The notes: a model not told the origin generated them from the sequence alone. DNA of 64,000 nt from Utricularia gibba (GCA_002189035.1 CM007990.1:2108001-2172000); one strand, 5' to 3'; positions 28,229-42,128 are shown, counted from the stretch's first letter. Numbers and translations: made by a program.

Positions 28229-30293
28229 CTATTGATCCGCCACTCCTCCCGCTTCGGAACATCTCCCTCCCTCTGCTGCTGGTTCAGGATAAATAATTAG
28301 TGACCAGACAGAAAATGCACAGGATGCAACACCATTTATGTAACCATGAGGGGAGGGGGATAGGGGGAGGTCAGCTCTGAGACTCCTTGCAAAAACATAA
28401 AAGCTAAGTGGCTCAACTAGAAATCGCATGGAGATAGAAAGAGTGAGACTGGCAAGATCACCTATTGCGGATGATGCGCTCTCCTTATCATTAACGTACT
28501 TCTGGAAGAATTCTAGAATAGTTCGCCAATAGCGATCTCCACCGACCAACCATGTGTCCATGTGCATACCGCTGGGAAACTCTACAAATATACAGGTCTG
28601 GTTATGTGCAGCTGCTTGTGCATACAGCATCTCCATGTGAGATGGGGGAACCATTTCATCTCGCAGCCCAGAAAGGAAAAGGATTGGCTGTTTGACCTAC
28701 AGCTCACAGCATCAGAATTATACAGACAATACTTAGTAGCGGAAAGGTGCTACCATACACAGTAGGATGATTAATCACACAAATCCTTACCTTTCCAATA
28801 ACATCAATGGTATTCCATGGTGAACGAACGACACAGTTCAGGATCCTGATGCCCTTACAACTAGTTTTTCCAATAAAATATTGCAGAAACGGAAGCAAAA
28901 TTCCAGCCATGTCTAGGATAGATGTAAATGTGTTCTCCAGTATCAATGCAGCCACCTGCAATATGAAGGAATTAAACAGAAAAATGTGCACATTTAACGC
29001 ATCAGCATCCATGAGAGCAGGTTTGTTCAAAACTATTTCTGCTAATACAATACAAAAAGAGGGACCAGAAAATGTAATATGCATCTCAACTTGCAACCAT
29101 CATGACACTAGTGCTACAAAATACTAGATCACCTTCTCAGGGTTGTTCATAGCAAGCAGAGCCCCAACAGCTCCACCAAGTGACCTTCCAAAGACTACAA
29201 TTTTTGAAGTGTTGATGTCCGTTCGACTAACCAGATGATCAAGGGCTGCCTAGTGTAAAAAGACATAATGATGAATTATCAATGTGATCAACGGAACAAA
29301 GTTCCCACATGGAACCCACCAGTATCATCCATAATGGAAAACAAAGTAATGCGTTCCTCCGCACAGAGGATTTCTATCATGCAGGCCGGCTTAGTCAGAG
29401 GATAGAGCATCACAGTAATACGATGGCCATCAATTTGATTCTTTACTTTTTCTTTGGTCAACTGAGCAAAAGATACAACATACCTGGGCATCCCTGATAA
29501 TGCCATGCTGCGAAGGATGTCCATCACTATCACCATATCTGAGCACTCAAAGTAGAAGAAAGGCATATCACTTGGAGGAGTCACATGCATGTCATGAAAA
29601 TAAGAAATAACAAAATGCAGTTACTTTTATACTACAGAGGAGTAACAGCTCTGGAAAATAAGTTATCACTAACATACATAAAAAGGATAAGTAAAAACAC
29701 TAAATTCAATAGAAGGGCATGATAAATTGCCTACCCCCTGTAAGAAAGCATGAAAATATTGCAATGGAGTCTTTGCAGCATCATAGAAACCATCTCAAGA
29801 CGATGAGCAATATCTTTAGTAATCAAGTCAAGGGCCTAAACAAAGAAATGCAAACAAAAATTCATCTAAAAAAACTGGACAACGAACGGATACTTCCAGC
29901 ATTTTCTTGGAAGAAGAGGAGAGTTGGGCCTGCAAAAAAGGGAAACAGAAAACAGGGTTTTAATTGTACTCCCCAATTGCAGCCTTACAGCCTGTAAGAA
30001 TGAAAATACACACACACATTCCAGATCTATGCCAGTGAAATAAAAGGGGGCACACCTTTGTTATCGGAAAAGGGCTTTATGTACCATGAGTGTAGGCGAA
30101 TACCATCGGAAGAAGTCAGCCAAACATCTTCATACGGAAGGCCGAGCCGAGCAGGTGTTATAGCGTAGGATCTGGTTAACCCAGGAAGAACGGGGACGTA
30201 AACGAGCTTCTCCTGAAAAGCAACTAGTAACGCCACTCCAGCCACCGTAACTCCGCCCGCGATATACAGGAACAGGCTCATGTAAGAACCCAT
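28229..30293 (-). CDS. WAV2: Alpha/beta hydrolase WAVY GROWTH 2 (BEM46/ABHD13-like), 8 exons, about 324 aa
   Basis: Exons 30293-30056, 29929-29894, 29813-29735, 29538-29484, 29249-29133, 28955-28791, 28696-28462, 28278-28229. Contains an N-terminal membrane anchor followed by VAFQEKLVYVPVLPGL, FFQENAGNIAHRLE, the nucleophile GRSLGG, LENTFTSILDMAG, DEMVPP and GMHMDTW (Ser-Asp-His triad). Confidence 0.92.
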
Positions 30294-32189
30294 GAGGATC
30301 ACCCACAACAAAACTCAGCCTTTACTCTAACCACGTAACGATAAAGCAGGTCAGCGGTCGATCTCTAATGACGTTCCAATTGCTTCTTGTGCAAAAAATC
30401 CAAGCAGCAATGGCGGAAGCTGAAAATCCAGATACCCAAACACTTCACAATGACCTGGTCTTCATGGAGAAACGACAACGTTTTCAGGAATCAGGACAGA
30501 AAGGCCCCAGATTCCAGTCCCCTTAATCCAAATAAAAGTTGTACCGATGGTTGTGTGTTTGAATCCTAATTGGTAAATCCTAATTTTAAATCTAGGGTTG
30601 TTTTGTTTACTAAGTACACGTTTGTTAGGTGGATTTAACCCCTCAAACCTTTTGGTAAAAGTTATTATATGTGTTTGTTATAGTGGTTAATATAAATACA
30701 TGGATTTATATTATCTTAATACCAACCTGGATGGTTTCACAAAATACATATGCTTGTGATATATCATTGACCATAATACCCTTCTACTCTATACACAAAT
30801 TTACGGGTTCCTATAGTATGTCTTTTTTTGACGAAAATTGCAATAGGTTGTTAGTTGTTGATTTTTCATTTTGTATCTTCCCATTTTGGTAAATCAATTG
30901 AGCGAAAACTGATTTAAATTCTTTATTGCTCATTAAGTATAATTGTTGGTGTCACTCCTTTGGCCCCATAAAGAGTGGGTTAATGTGTTTAACACACCCC
31001 AAATCCAACATTGCCATGTCTGAAACACATGAAGTCTGCACATGGAGTCTAACTATGTTATTAATGTAGCCACCGTAATATTATGATTAAAGTGTCTGAA
31101 TGATTAAACATAATAATGATATAATAGACAATTTGTAATATTTATCTATACATACCTATTTTTAAACATCTTTAACAAATATATAAAATTGCGAATCCTA
31201 AATAATTGTAATTTATTCACCAAACACATTATGTTGAAGAAAACATCATTCATTGCATTAATTAAATCATAATAACTTAAACCTTAATAATTTATACCCA
31301 CTTAACCAACTCTAAACTCTTGCTCGAAATCCTTATATTATTTTCTTAATTATTATTGAAGTTTTGTTATTTTTTGAGTTTTTAATATGGATTTATAACA
31401 TTAAAGCTTTGTTTGATTGTTGTGTTTAGATGTTGATGGATTTAAATTATTTGACTATAAATAAATCCAAATATGTGAATATAAAAATATTCATACCCTC
31501 CTTTGAGTGTATATATATCCAAATATGAGGATATTATATTGGAATGATCATTATTATACCCATATAATTTGTATAATTATACTTACATATCAAATAATAC
31601 AATTTTTTCAAACTCATCATAAACCAATCTTATACCTTCATATCAAATAAGGCGTAAGAGTGCATTTGATAGATGAAAATATATTGATTCGATTTAAATT
31701 TGCTTCGTTAGATGGTATTAGTATTTATTTGGGCATAGATAGATTAAGGTCATATGTTATTTGGTTAATGTATTAATATTAATTCATTCAATTTGTTTCA
31801 TTAGATGGTATTAATATTTGGATATTAGTTATTTTATATTTAAATTATCACAATAACATTATGAACTAATGAATTATTAATCCTCATTTTGTCTTTCACT
31901 ACATATTTAGACATGTAGGGTTTATCAATAAATTGAGAATAACCTCACGATTAGGTAAAAGTCATTTAGTTTTAATTTTAGTTATCAATTTAAATTACCA
32001 ACTCTTGTTCATGTGATATATCAATAATGTACATAAAAAATATAAGTTGAAATTAAAATAATGACTTTTAAATCAAAACAATTTAATTGATGTTAATAAC
32101 AACTAAATGTAATCAGTATTTCATCCAATAAAAAATTATTAAATCATACACAAACATAAATAAAAAAATTGAAATTACTACATGTAAGT

Positions 32190-32792
32190 GTTGCAATCAT
32201 TCCATTACTGATGATCTTAGGGTTTGCTGATGGTCTTCACAGATTAGACATCTTCTCATTCCATCCACATAAGTCTTTCAGCCATTTACATCTAAGTGGG
32301 CCATTCAATCCTCTCTACATTGATGATTGTCATCAGTACTCCATGGAATGTATGTTGCAATCATTCATTTTATTTTTTTATTTTTTGGTATTAAAAAAGA
32401 CAAAATTGTTAAAATTGAAAAGTCTAAAATAGGTATTCTCAAAACCCATATAATTAGTAAGTTTAAAAAATACCCTTAAATTAGGTTTATATGTGGGTTT
32501 TGATTTAAAAATTAATTAAGTATTTAACAAATTATCATAAGTATTTCATCATTGTAAAGAGGATTGAATGGCTCACTTGGATGTAAATGGTTGAAAGACT
32601 TACGGCAATGGAATGCCTGTTACAATCATTCATTTTATTTTTTCAATTTTTGGATATTAAAAAAGGAAAAATTGTCAAAATTGAAATGAGTATTTTCAAA
32701 ACCCATATAATTAATGGGTTTAAAAAATACCATCAAATTAGGTTTATTAAAGATTTTATGTGGATTTTGGTTTAAAAACTAGTTAAATATTT
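32190..32792. repeat. Composite of a 56-bp inverted repeat and an approximately 190-bp diverged direct repeat (MITE-like)
   Basis: 32271-32326 is the reverse complement of about 32544-32600, with a few mismatches. 32341-32527 is repeated directly at about 32605-32792. 32190-32214 pairs imperfectly with 32330-32358. Confidence 0.75.
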
Positions 32793-32793
32793 A

Positions 32794-33080
32794 GAGGTTA
32801 TTTGATAGAAAAGTATAAAAGATCTATATCTAAGTTTACATATATAACATTGTTTATTTGATTAGTATACGTATATCAACTTTATATGACTATACCACTG
32901 ACATACTCATTTTTTGAGTATATAAGTGGTGTATAAAAATGGAGTGGAGCCTAGTTATATGTGTACCACTTAAATACGCAAACTTTTATTCTCGCATATC
33001 AAACATTTTCGACAATTTAGTATATACATACTCAATTATACTATACTTAAATATATTAATACTTTGCTATCAAATACCCC
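32794..33080. mobile_element. Tourist-like MITE (287 bp)
   Basis: TIRs GAGGTTATTTGATAG / CTATCAAATACCCC, with TTA on both flanks (32791-32793, 33081-33083). Confidence 0.7.
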
Positions 33081-33327
33081 TTAGTAAAATACTAAACAAG
33101 GGTATCATTTATTAACCCACTTATACCTACTTTATATCAACCAACCAAACTCACCCAGCTATTAAAAGATAATTTTATGAAGAGCGATTAAATGATAAAA
33201 ATTAGTAACTCTAGAAAGAATAAAAATAAAATTATAAAAACTCTAGAAAGAATGCTTCACTTTTTTTGATGCTCTCTTTTATCAAAAAGTCAATCCTTGT
33301 TTTTTTAATCTTCATTGCTTATTTATA

Positions 33328-34228
33328 GAAAAAGTAGTTATATAATATTGGTTGAAAATAACTCTATATTATTAATATTACACGGCATGAGTAATGAGGT
33401 CCATCATTAGTGAGGATGACATCAATATAGGTGCCATCAATGATTGTTTGATGACGCATTAGTGCAACCGTCCTTTATATCCATACCTTCTCTTCTACGT
33501 ATATCTCCTACCTCTACAAATTTCTTCATTTATATTCAGTATTGAATATAGTCTAATTTGGAGCAAAATTTGGGTAATATCGTTTTTTATTTTGTAATTT
33601 TATTTTTAATTATTTAAAATCTTGATATTATTTTGAGCACTATTGCTAAAAGTACCTATATTTAAGATGTCATTACTAATGGCACATCAAATTAGTTCTT
33701 GAACCCTTTTTATTGTTTTATTAATTATTTTATCTATTAATTTGTCATATTTTTTCTTATTTAATATATGATACTTATTCCATTGCCACTATCATATAGT
33801 GGATAACAGGATGCAACCTGTTCGTTGTCATTTCACGACATAGGCATGGGTAGTTGGAACCACTATTTCAATCATTATATGTAGTTATTCCAAATCCGAT
33901 TTAACTCCATCTATCATTGACCTCCAACTGATTGAAGAAACCCTGAATATGAACATAGAAATTTTTGGAGATGATAGTTATATATAGAAGAGGGGACATA
34001 AGCAAAAATGGCATCGTGCAATAAGGTGCCATGTATAACTGTGCATATAGTTAAGGTACCATGATTGATATTGATTGTATCAAAGGCATCATCAATAATG
34101 TTGCATACACTTAATGCGCCATCACCTATATTGAGGTGCCATCATTAATGATGAGCGTCATTACTCATAGTATGTAATATTAATAACATAGAGTTATTTT
34201 AGATCAATAATATATAATCTACTTTTTT
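33328..34228. mobile_element. Non-autonomous Mutator-like element (901 bp)
   Basis: TIRs of about 105 bp or more (GAAAAAGTAG..AAAATAACTCTAT..ATGAGTAATGA..CAATATAGGTG). Perfect 11-bp TSD GCTTATTTATA at 33317-33327 and 34229-34239. Confidence 0.85.
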
Positions 34229-34399
34229 GCTTATTTATATACCTATGTAAATGGTAACAATACTTTGCTTTGCTTTTTCATCGACTATTCTGACTGAATC
34301 CTCTACAATGATAACATATTCCAATATTTTAAACAAAGACTACTACACTTTGGGTCATATTACACAATCTTGAAGTATCAATAGTAGACACATTATTAA

Positions 34400-37300
34400 G
34401 CTTTTGGAAAGATCTTCATCATGTAGTTCTTGAAAATCCTTATTAGGTGAACCTTAATTAATAACCATCTTATTGAGCAAGTCTATTCAATCTTAAACTG
34501 TCGTTCAAGGGGGATTACATCAACACCCAAAGTATCCTTGGAAGCTTTGTAAGGAAATGTGGTTATTTTCCTCTCATCATATTACTCACCCCTTAAACCC
34601 CAGATATCAATTGATTTGATTGTGAGTTCAATCTTATCATAAGAAGGAAAATTTCTAATCAATATTAGATGTGGTAGCTGAAGATAGATCGCCTAAAGAG
34701 GTGATACTTCACCGAGATTTCTTCAACATATTTTGCCTAAAGTGTTTAATCCACCACATGAATTAAATATGACTAAATATTCCAAAGTAATATGTATCAT
34801 AATTGCATCTACATATACTTTAGACAACTCTCGAGATGTTCTTTTGTCTTTTGGCCCTTTCATCTTCCCATCCCTTTAAAAACAATTTTTTTGAGATTTT
34901 TTACTCATCTTCTTTGGGTTTCAATATGGTTATGAGAATTCTTAGTTTTTACTCTTCATCTTAGACAAATATCTTTCGCTATTCTTGATGCTTTACTCTC
35001 TAATTTTCTCCTTCTACCCATGGCCCCAACTTATAATGATTTTCAAAATTTAAATCTCATGGAGTTCAGAGACATCTTTAAAATTCTAGAAACTTTAGTA
35101 AGGTTGATGTTTGATGTTTATCTTTACTTCAAAAACTGTGATTATAGATATACAATTGCTTTTATTTTATGAAGATGTTTACTTATTTTTAATATGACTA
35201 GTTAAGTTAGAAGTGATGTTTTAGAGAGATAGGGGGAGTGTGCTCACTTAGTTTAGGTTCAATCTAACCAAAAGCTTGTGTGTGTTTCATAACAAATCCA
35301 AATAGATTAAGGAGTAAAAAATTAATATACCAAACTAAAGAAACCCAACCAAAGCTGTGAGTGAATAGATAAGGTTTTAAGTAGAGAATAGGAATGCATG
35401 AACTTAGTTGTATATGCCTTACAAGATGGCAGACCTAATTGTAGGATGATTTAGGATACTTTGAAAACTTAAAACTAAAAATTTATGGTAACAGTTCAAT
35501 TAGACTTAGGTCATCTTGTGTTGTTTATCTTTTTGGGAGGGTTAAAATGAGAGTTTGAGTGAGTATCTCATCATTGGAATCATGGGACATTGTATTTGTG
35601 TTTTTTTTTATTATCTAAAATTAGCATTTTGCTGTTTTTTTACTTTTATTTTTACATTTGTTGTTTATGTTCTATTAGTTTTAGCCAAGGCATAACAATC
35701 GATTGTAACAACCAGAAATGTATGGACCATCACACAAAAGTTTCAATTCCTTGAGTTCAACCTTGAAGCACTATATATTTTCTTTGGATTTGTAAATTCA
35801 TGTACATTAGAGCTTTTTAAATTTTATTTGCTATGAAATTCTTAATTTTCACAATGAGATAAGAATTGTGTTTATCACCTTGGGCTTCTGATTTATGCCT
35901 TACAACCTCATGTTTTTGTCACACTTGCAGCGTATCTTGTCCTTGCTAAAATGTGGACCATTTTTACCATCTCTAGTTCACATCATTGATATGAATGACA
36001 TATGAAAGGGCACATATGTGGATTTTCTAGTGAAATGGGGGGAAGGTACAAACAGGTCATCACTATTGTTCCCCAAACTCATGAGTGCTCACTTGCAAAA
36101 CAAGGCACCAACTAGTGTTTCTAGAGAAAGTGTGAGTTATGGTGCTTTCTCAATGAGCACCTCGAACTGAACCTCATAATGTCCCCTTTCCTTAGCTCAT
36201 CTACCTCCATCAATCAATAAAAGTTTCTAGTGTTTAAGTTCGATAAGACTGCTCTCCTAGTTTGTTGACTTTAGGATAACACAAGACTACTATCTATTAT
36301 GGATTTTTGGGGCTAGTGTGATTTACATCTACAATCAGTCCCAACTACATAACTCAAGATTAGCAAACACAAGAGTGAATAGAGACTCCAAGAGTATAGC
36401 GGCAAGTTGACACTCTTGGGAGTCCTCCACCTCTCATATGGCACCCAAGACTATGAGGAGAGTTGTTTTGATGTGTCATGATTCAACAATAAGATAAAAA
36501 ATGGAGGTAGAATTTACCTTTGTATAGTTTCTAGATTTACTAATAACCTTTATTTGTATTTGGATTACATGTAACTTAGACATAAACTTTCTTGTGAAAC
36601 CCTTCATTGCTTTGTAGAGGAAAACCCCTACACTTCTTGAGAAAGTGCAAGAGAAAAACAAAGAGTAAGGGCAAGGTGCCCTACAAGGATAAGGTAAATC
36701 CTTTCCATTTCACTCTGATAGTTCAGTTATATTTGGTTTTAATATTATTTTCAACCGGATTTTATGTTTTCACTCTGATAGTTCACTCTGATAGCTAGTA
36801 GAGGCAGCTAGCCATGACAATGCCATTGATGGTATGAGTTTAAAGAAAATCAAGAAGGGGGCACAAATAACTAATATTACAAAGGTCTCTACATGAATTT
36901 ATTGTGTTTGACTTTTATTGGGGATGACTTGAATATGATGGACGATCCCAATAATATTAAGATGAATTTTCAGACTAATAGTAGAAATCTATCATAGTTG
37001 TTGCTCCACTAAAAGCTTAGGCCAAGGAGATGCCTTCAGCAAATAGAGCACCAATTAGGAAAACACAACATGGGAGCAAAGTGTCCAATAATGTAAGGTA
37101 AACTCAACGTTTTTTTCTCATTACTTGTAGATTCATTCTAATTTTTGAGGTTGGGAACCACTTTTTAGGAGAAAAGTTTAGTCTCATTATAGGGTTGGTG
37201 AGCAATGTTCATAGGTCCACAGATTATGATAGGTGCTTCCATATCAACCATCATGGTTATCTCTTCGATGATTTCATGGATGTGTCCAGTTGCCTAGATA

Positions 37301-37600
37301 GAGGGTGAATTATTCAAATTTTAAGATGATATCTTGAAATATCTAGCCTGAAGCCTCAAGCATTGTAACTTGTGAGGTGAAGAGGGGTGCTCATAGATCA
37401 ACGTGAGGGCTAATTGAAACATAGCTTTAGGGGGTCAGAAAATCATTACCATTAATGATGTAGCGACTCCCGAGGAGCCTCAGTTTAATCCTTCTTTGAT
37501 TGAACATCGTATTTAGTTATGTATTTTGTATATAATGCATATATTCTTTGAATATCAATATATTCTTAGGTTTCTAATTCGGCACTAGTTTCAATTTTTC
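34400..37600. mobile_element. Patchwork of heavily decayed LTR-retrotransposon sequence
   Basis: Weak copia gag-like words (GGLNTLGK) on the minus strand near 34700-34760, and LTR-like ends near 35750. No intact ORF. Confidence 0.3.
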
Positions 37601-37619
37601 TACCAAATTTGAATGTGAT

Positions 37620-37952
37620 GCAAAAAATGCAAGTCATGTGACATAGCTATATTTTTGACTAACTACATGAACATCTTTCTACAATAGTTTGTGATTGAGA
37701 TCCTTGATTCCTTGGGTATTTTTGGCTAAGTCTCCGGAAACCGGTAGGAACTCCTCTCAATTTCAGCAATGCTCATCATCCCGAGATTGATGGACAGACT
37801 AAAGTAGTGAACCAATCTCTGGGCAACATACTCTATTGTGTTAGTGGATGTGGATATGAAGGCTTGGGACCTGCTATTGTACAAAGCTAAGGTTGCGCAC
37901 TACCATACTTAAAATCATAACAATGGGTTTAGTCCCCTTCATGTTATCTATT
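37620..37952 (+). mobile_element. Ty3/gypsy integrase remnant
   Basis: Translates as LSTIVCD*DP*FLGYFW..GTPLNFSNAHHPEIDGQTKVVNQSLGNIL..WDLLL..SPLHVI, a degenerate SDRDP..HPQTDGQTE core. It is cut at 37952 by the inverted LTR. Confidence 0.75.
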
Positions 37953-39362
37953 TGATAAACGGAAATTCCTAGTGACGTTGCAAAAATAGAAAATTCGTTA
38001 TCAAATAAATTTATAGTCCCTAATCCTCACAAAATACATATTAAACTGAAAATGCACAGTGGAATTCGAGATCGATCACAAAGAGCTTGTGCTTGTCTTG
38101 TATTTCAGCAAATGCAGAATTCAAAGTAGGTAAGTCTTAATTGAAGCTCGGACCAATAGTGGTAAACAAGTTCGGTAAACAAGATCGGTAAACAATATCA
38201 GGTCTTAACGCTAAAGTAACAGGTACTGGTTTTGTCTTAGAATAATACTAACGTGCCTTAAGGATCTACAGGTGATGTGGTGCCAAAATTCCTAATTTAA
38301 TCTATCATGTTCCTATACTCACAACTTCAAATAACCTAAGTCTACCTAGGTCATTCACCATATTTTCGGCTAAGCTAATCCCCCATATCATCACCAACAT
38401 TGCAATTAGGTCTACCCGCATGCAAAGCATATAGAACTAGGTCTACCCGGTTCTACTGGTTCTACCCCGGACTAACACCTACTGCTCCCGTCTTGATTTG
38501 TTGGTCTACCACTAAATCAAGCATTTAAGTTGTAAAGTTACTTGTTCCCCTCCTTAGGTCTACCCATGGTTTGATAGAAACAAGAGCTAAGAAACAGTGG
38601 TCAATTTTATTAAGATTCCTAGACCCACACCACCATGCTTCACCTTAAGCCACTCCTAAGGTTTAGCTACTAATGCTTTGAAGGTAAAATGTAATGGCAT
38701 TAACATAAAATAATGAAAATGTTGAGAACCTCGTGCAGAAGTTTAGTGCAGAAACTAAAGATATCAACAAACTAAAAGAAAGCAGTAAGAAGTCTGGTTT
38801 CCGTCTGCTACTATTCTGGGCTGGAACAGTAGCGCTGAATTGGGTCTTGATCTTCTTCCTTCACGCTGGAGGTTCTTCTCCATAAAAATCCCTTTTCTTC
38901 TTCCTTCTCCTTTCGTGTTCTTCGTGTTTGAGTTGGGGTGGGGGCAGAAACCCCCTCGTGTGTGCTCCCTCAAAATTCTGGGGTGAACTCCCTTTTTTTG
39001 TGATTCTCTCTCCTCATCTTTCTCTTGCCTCTCACTTCCCAAGTCAAGTACATTCTCTGAAAGATCTGCTGCTCCAGACCTTGACTTGCAGACTATCGCC
39101 GTGACAGTGTACTCATTGCCCCCTGCACCCTAGTGACTTGCACGAAATCCAGATTTTTCCTTGATTCTTGGGCTGCTGCTAGACTCCAAAATCGGGTTAC
39201 ACATGGGGTGGGCTAAATCAAAGGATTTAGCCCACTAATCACACCAAAAATCATATTTTCCCTAATCAAATAAAAATACTTAAAACTATAAAATTAACAC
39301 TTAAACATAATTAAAATCTATGATTTTTCTTATCCTAAAACATGAAAATTTGTGTGTTAGCC
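37953..39362 (-). mobile_element. Athila-like LTR, left arm of inverted pair (about 1.41 kb)
   Basis: Reverse complement aligns end to end with 40737-42128. The terminus TGATAAACGGAAAT at 37953 is the complement of ATTTCCGTTTATCA. A PPT-like AATTTGGGGT precedes its 5' end. Confidence 0.75.
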
Positions 39363-40736
39363 ACCCCAAATTAGTCATTCCACCCCTATGGGTTCAAGTG
39401 TGCTAAAAATCATGTCTTATTTTTCTGAGAAATTGTGCTAACCGATGTTTATGACTTTCATGTTTAAATTAGCACAACATGGTTGCTGTTAGGTTGCTAC
39501 AATTCTTGCAAATATGTTGATGGAGTTTATGATTTGAACTTCTTTTTTTTATGTGGGCATGAGGATCAAGCTTTAATGCTTAATTTTTGAGAAACTAATG
39601 AACCAACAAGGTAAAGGGAAATAGATTTGTCTCAGAAAAATTGCAGGAATCTGTGAAAGTGCATGAATGGTAAAGTAGGAAAATCATGCTTCAACTCCTT
39701 TTGTGCTATTTGAAGAACCTTGAAATGATATGTGATAAAGTGGCTATTTGATTCAAGAAAGAAGAGACTAAAATAGGGAGTGAATGACTCCTCCCTGCAC
39801 AAGTAACGTGCTGCTTCGTTTAATTTGATTTTAGGTTTATTTTGGTATCATGTTTATCTCTAGGAAAGGTCGTATCTGTTAGTCTATGCTAGGAGTTATT
39901 TGTCTATTTTTGTATATTGTGTTTTTACTTGATAATCCAAATCCTGTTTCGAATAATTCAATGATGGGATATGATAGCCTTGTGATGATTAGGATGCATG
40001 AGCTTTGTTTGAAGCCTTCTGAAACCTTGAGAGCATGAATCCCAATCATTTTCCTATGTGAGTGCAAGCATGATTAGAGGAACCTAAAGAGTGCAATCTA
40101 GATTTGTTTGCATGAGTTGATATATTTGATTGCTGCAAGGATTAGTGATTGCTGATAAAAAAAAAAAGAAAAGAGAGAGAATAAGGGTCAAGAAGAGCAT
40201 CATCATTTGAAAAGCGATGAGATCCAAGTCTAAAAAGCAACATACAACTGAAAAGCGTGTGTAGACTCATTGAAAAGTGAATGAATAAGCATGGATGAAT
40301 TTGTTTAGAGGAGTGGAAGTAGACCTCGAGTTATAAGGTGAGAGTGCTTGGCCAACACTCTTTGTATGAAAAGAGGTCTTGAAATTATGCCTAGACTGAT
40401 TCTGAAATGTTTGTTGATTCACTATCTCATATATATGAAAGAAAAAAGGGAGGGATAGATGCAAGAAACGAAAAAACCAACTGAGTTGACAATCACAATC
40501 TTTTGCATGCTTTGAATATGTTGATTCATTGTTTTAATTTTTGAAAGCACTCTCCAAGAAGAATCTATTCATGCATGCTGGAGTGTTACCTGTTTTGCAC
40601 ACAAGCACACCTATGGTTCATGCATCTGAAATTTAAACATGGTCATTCATGTCTATCATGAAACATTTCGAAAAACAGGATTTTATTAGTCTTAGTTTGG
40701 ACTTGAGGACAAGTCTGGTGTCGTTGTAGCATAGTG

Positions 40737-42128
40737 TGATAACACACGAATTTTCCTATTATTAGAGTAAGAAAATTATACTTTTGAATCATGTTTTAAG
40801 TGTTTATCTTATATTTTTTAGTATTTTCACCAAATTTTAGGACATAATGTGATTTTATGTGTTAATGGGCTAAATCCTTTGATTTAGCCTATCGCATGTT
40901 ATTAACATTTTTCTAATCTAGCAGCAAAGTTCTAAAATTAGGGAGGATACATGAATTTTGTGCATGTGGAGATTTGGAAGAAGGGGCACAAGACACAAGG
41001 AGGAGACATGATTAATATTCAGCCGCCTACAGTCTACAGATTCAGGCCAGGAACAGTACGAATGTCATAAATAGTGGACTGATTTTGAAAAATGGAAAAA
41101 AGATGTGAAGATATTTTTGGAAAGAAGTGAAGTAAGAGAGGAGAGCAGACCCAAGGAGGGGGCTTCTCCCCAACACGACGAGTACTGAACTAGGAGAGGA
41201 GAAGAAGATCTTCATCCTCAAGAACAGCATAAGAGCCCAGTCCAGCGCTACTGTTCCGGCTAGGGAACAGTAGCAGACGGAAATCAGAACTCTTATTGCT
41301 TTATTTTCGTTTGTTGATGTTTTCAGTTTTCTACAACCAACTTTTTCACGATGTTGTTGACATTTTCGTTGCTTTATGTTAATGTTATCATTTTTTACCT
41401 TCAAAGCATGAGTAGCTAAACCCTAGAAGTGCCTTGAGGTGAAGCATGGTGGTGGGGGTCTAGGAATCTTAATAAAATTTACCATTCTTCCTTAGTTCTT
41501 GTTTCTATCAAACCATGAGTAGACCTAAGGAGGGGAACAAGTAGCTTCATAACTTAGATGCTTGATTTAGAGGTAGACCAATAAATCAAGACGTGAGCAA
41601 TAGGTATTAGTTCGGGGTGGAACCAGTAGAATCGGGTAGACCTAGTTCTATATGATTTGCATGCGGGTAGACCTAATTGCAATGTTGGTGATGATATGGA
41701 GGACTAGCTTAGCCGAAAACATGGTGAATGATCTGGGTAGACTTAGGTTATTTGAAGTTGTGTGGGAACATGGTAGATTAAATTAGGGATTTTGATACTA
41801 TACCACCTGCAGACCCTTAAGGTACCTTAGTATTATTCTGAGTTAGAACCAGTACCTGTTACCTTAGCGTTAAGATCTAATATTGTTTACTTATTTTGTT
41901 TACTGGACTTGTTTACCACTGTTGGTCTGAGCTTAGATTAAGACTTCCTGTTATCTCGAATTACGCATTTACTAAAACACTTAGCAAACACAAGCTCTTC
42001 GTGATCGACCTCGACATCCACTATACAAGTTTTCAAAATTTGTATTTTGTGTAGATTAGGGATTATAAATTTATTTGATACAGATTTTCTATTTTTATTG
42101 CAACGATATTAGAAATTTCCGTTTATCA
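40737..42128 (+). mobile_element. Athila-like 3' LTR, right arm of inverted pair (1392 bp), preceded by about 1.3 kb of 3' internal sequence
   Basis: TG...CA termini (TGATAACAC...GTTTATCA). The upstream CTTGAGGACAAG motif is typical of Athila 3' ends. Confidence 0.75.

Noticed and set aside
31404-31654. Additional Tourist-like MITE
   Set aside because: The TIR match is weak and the flanks disagree (TTA vs TAA).
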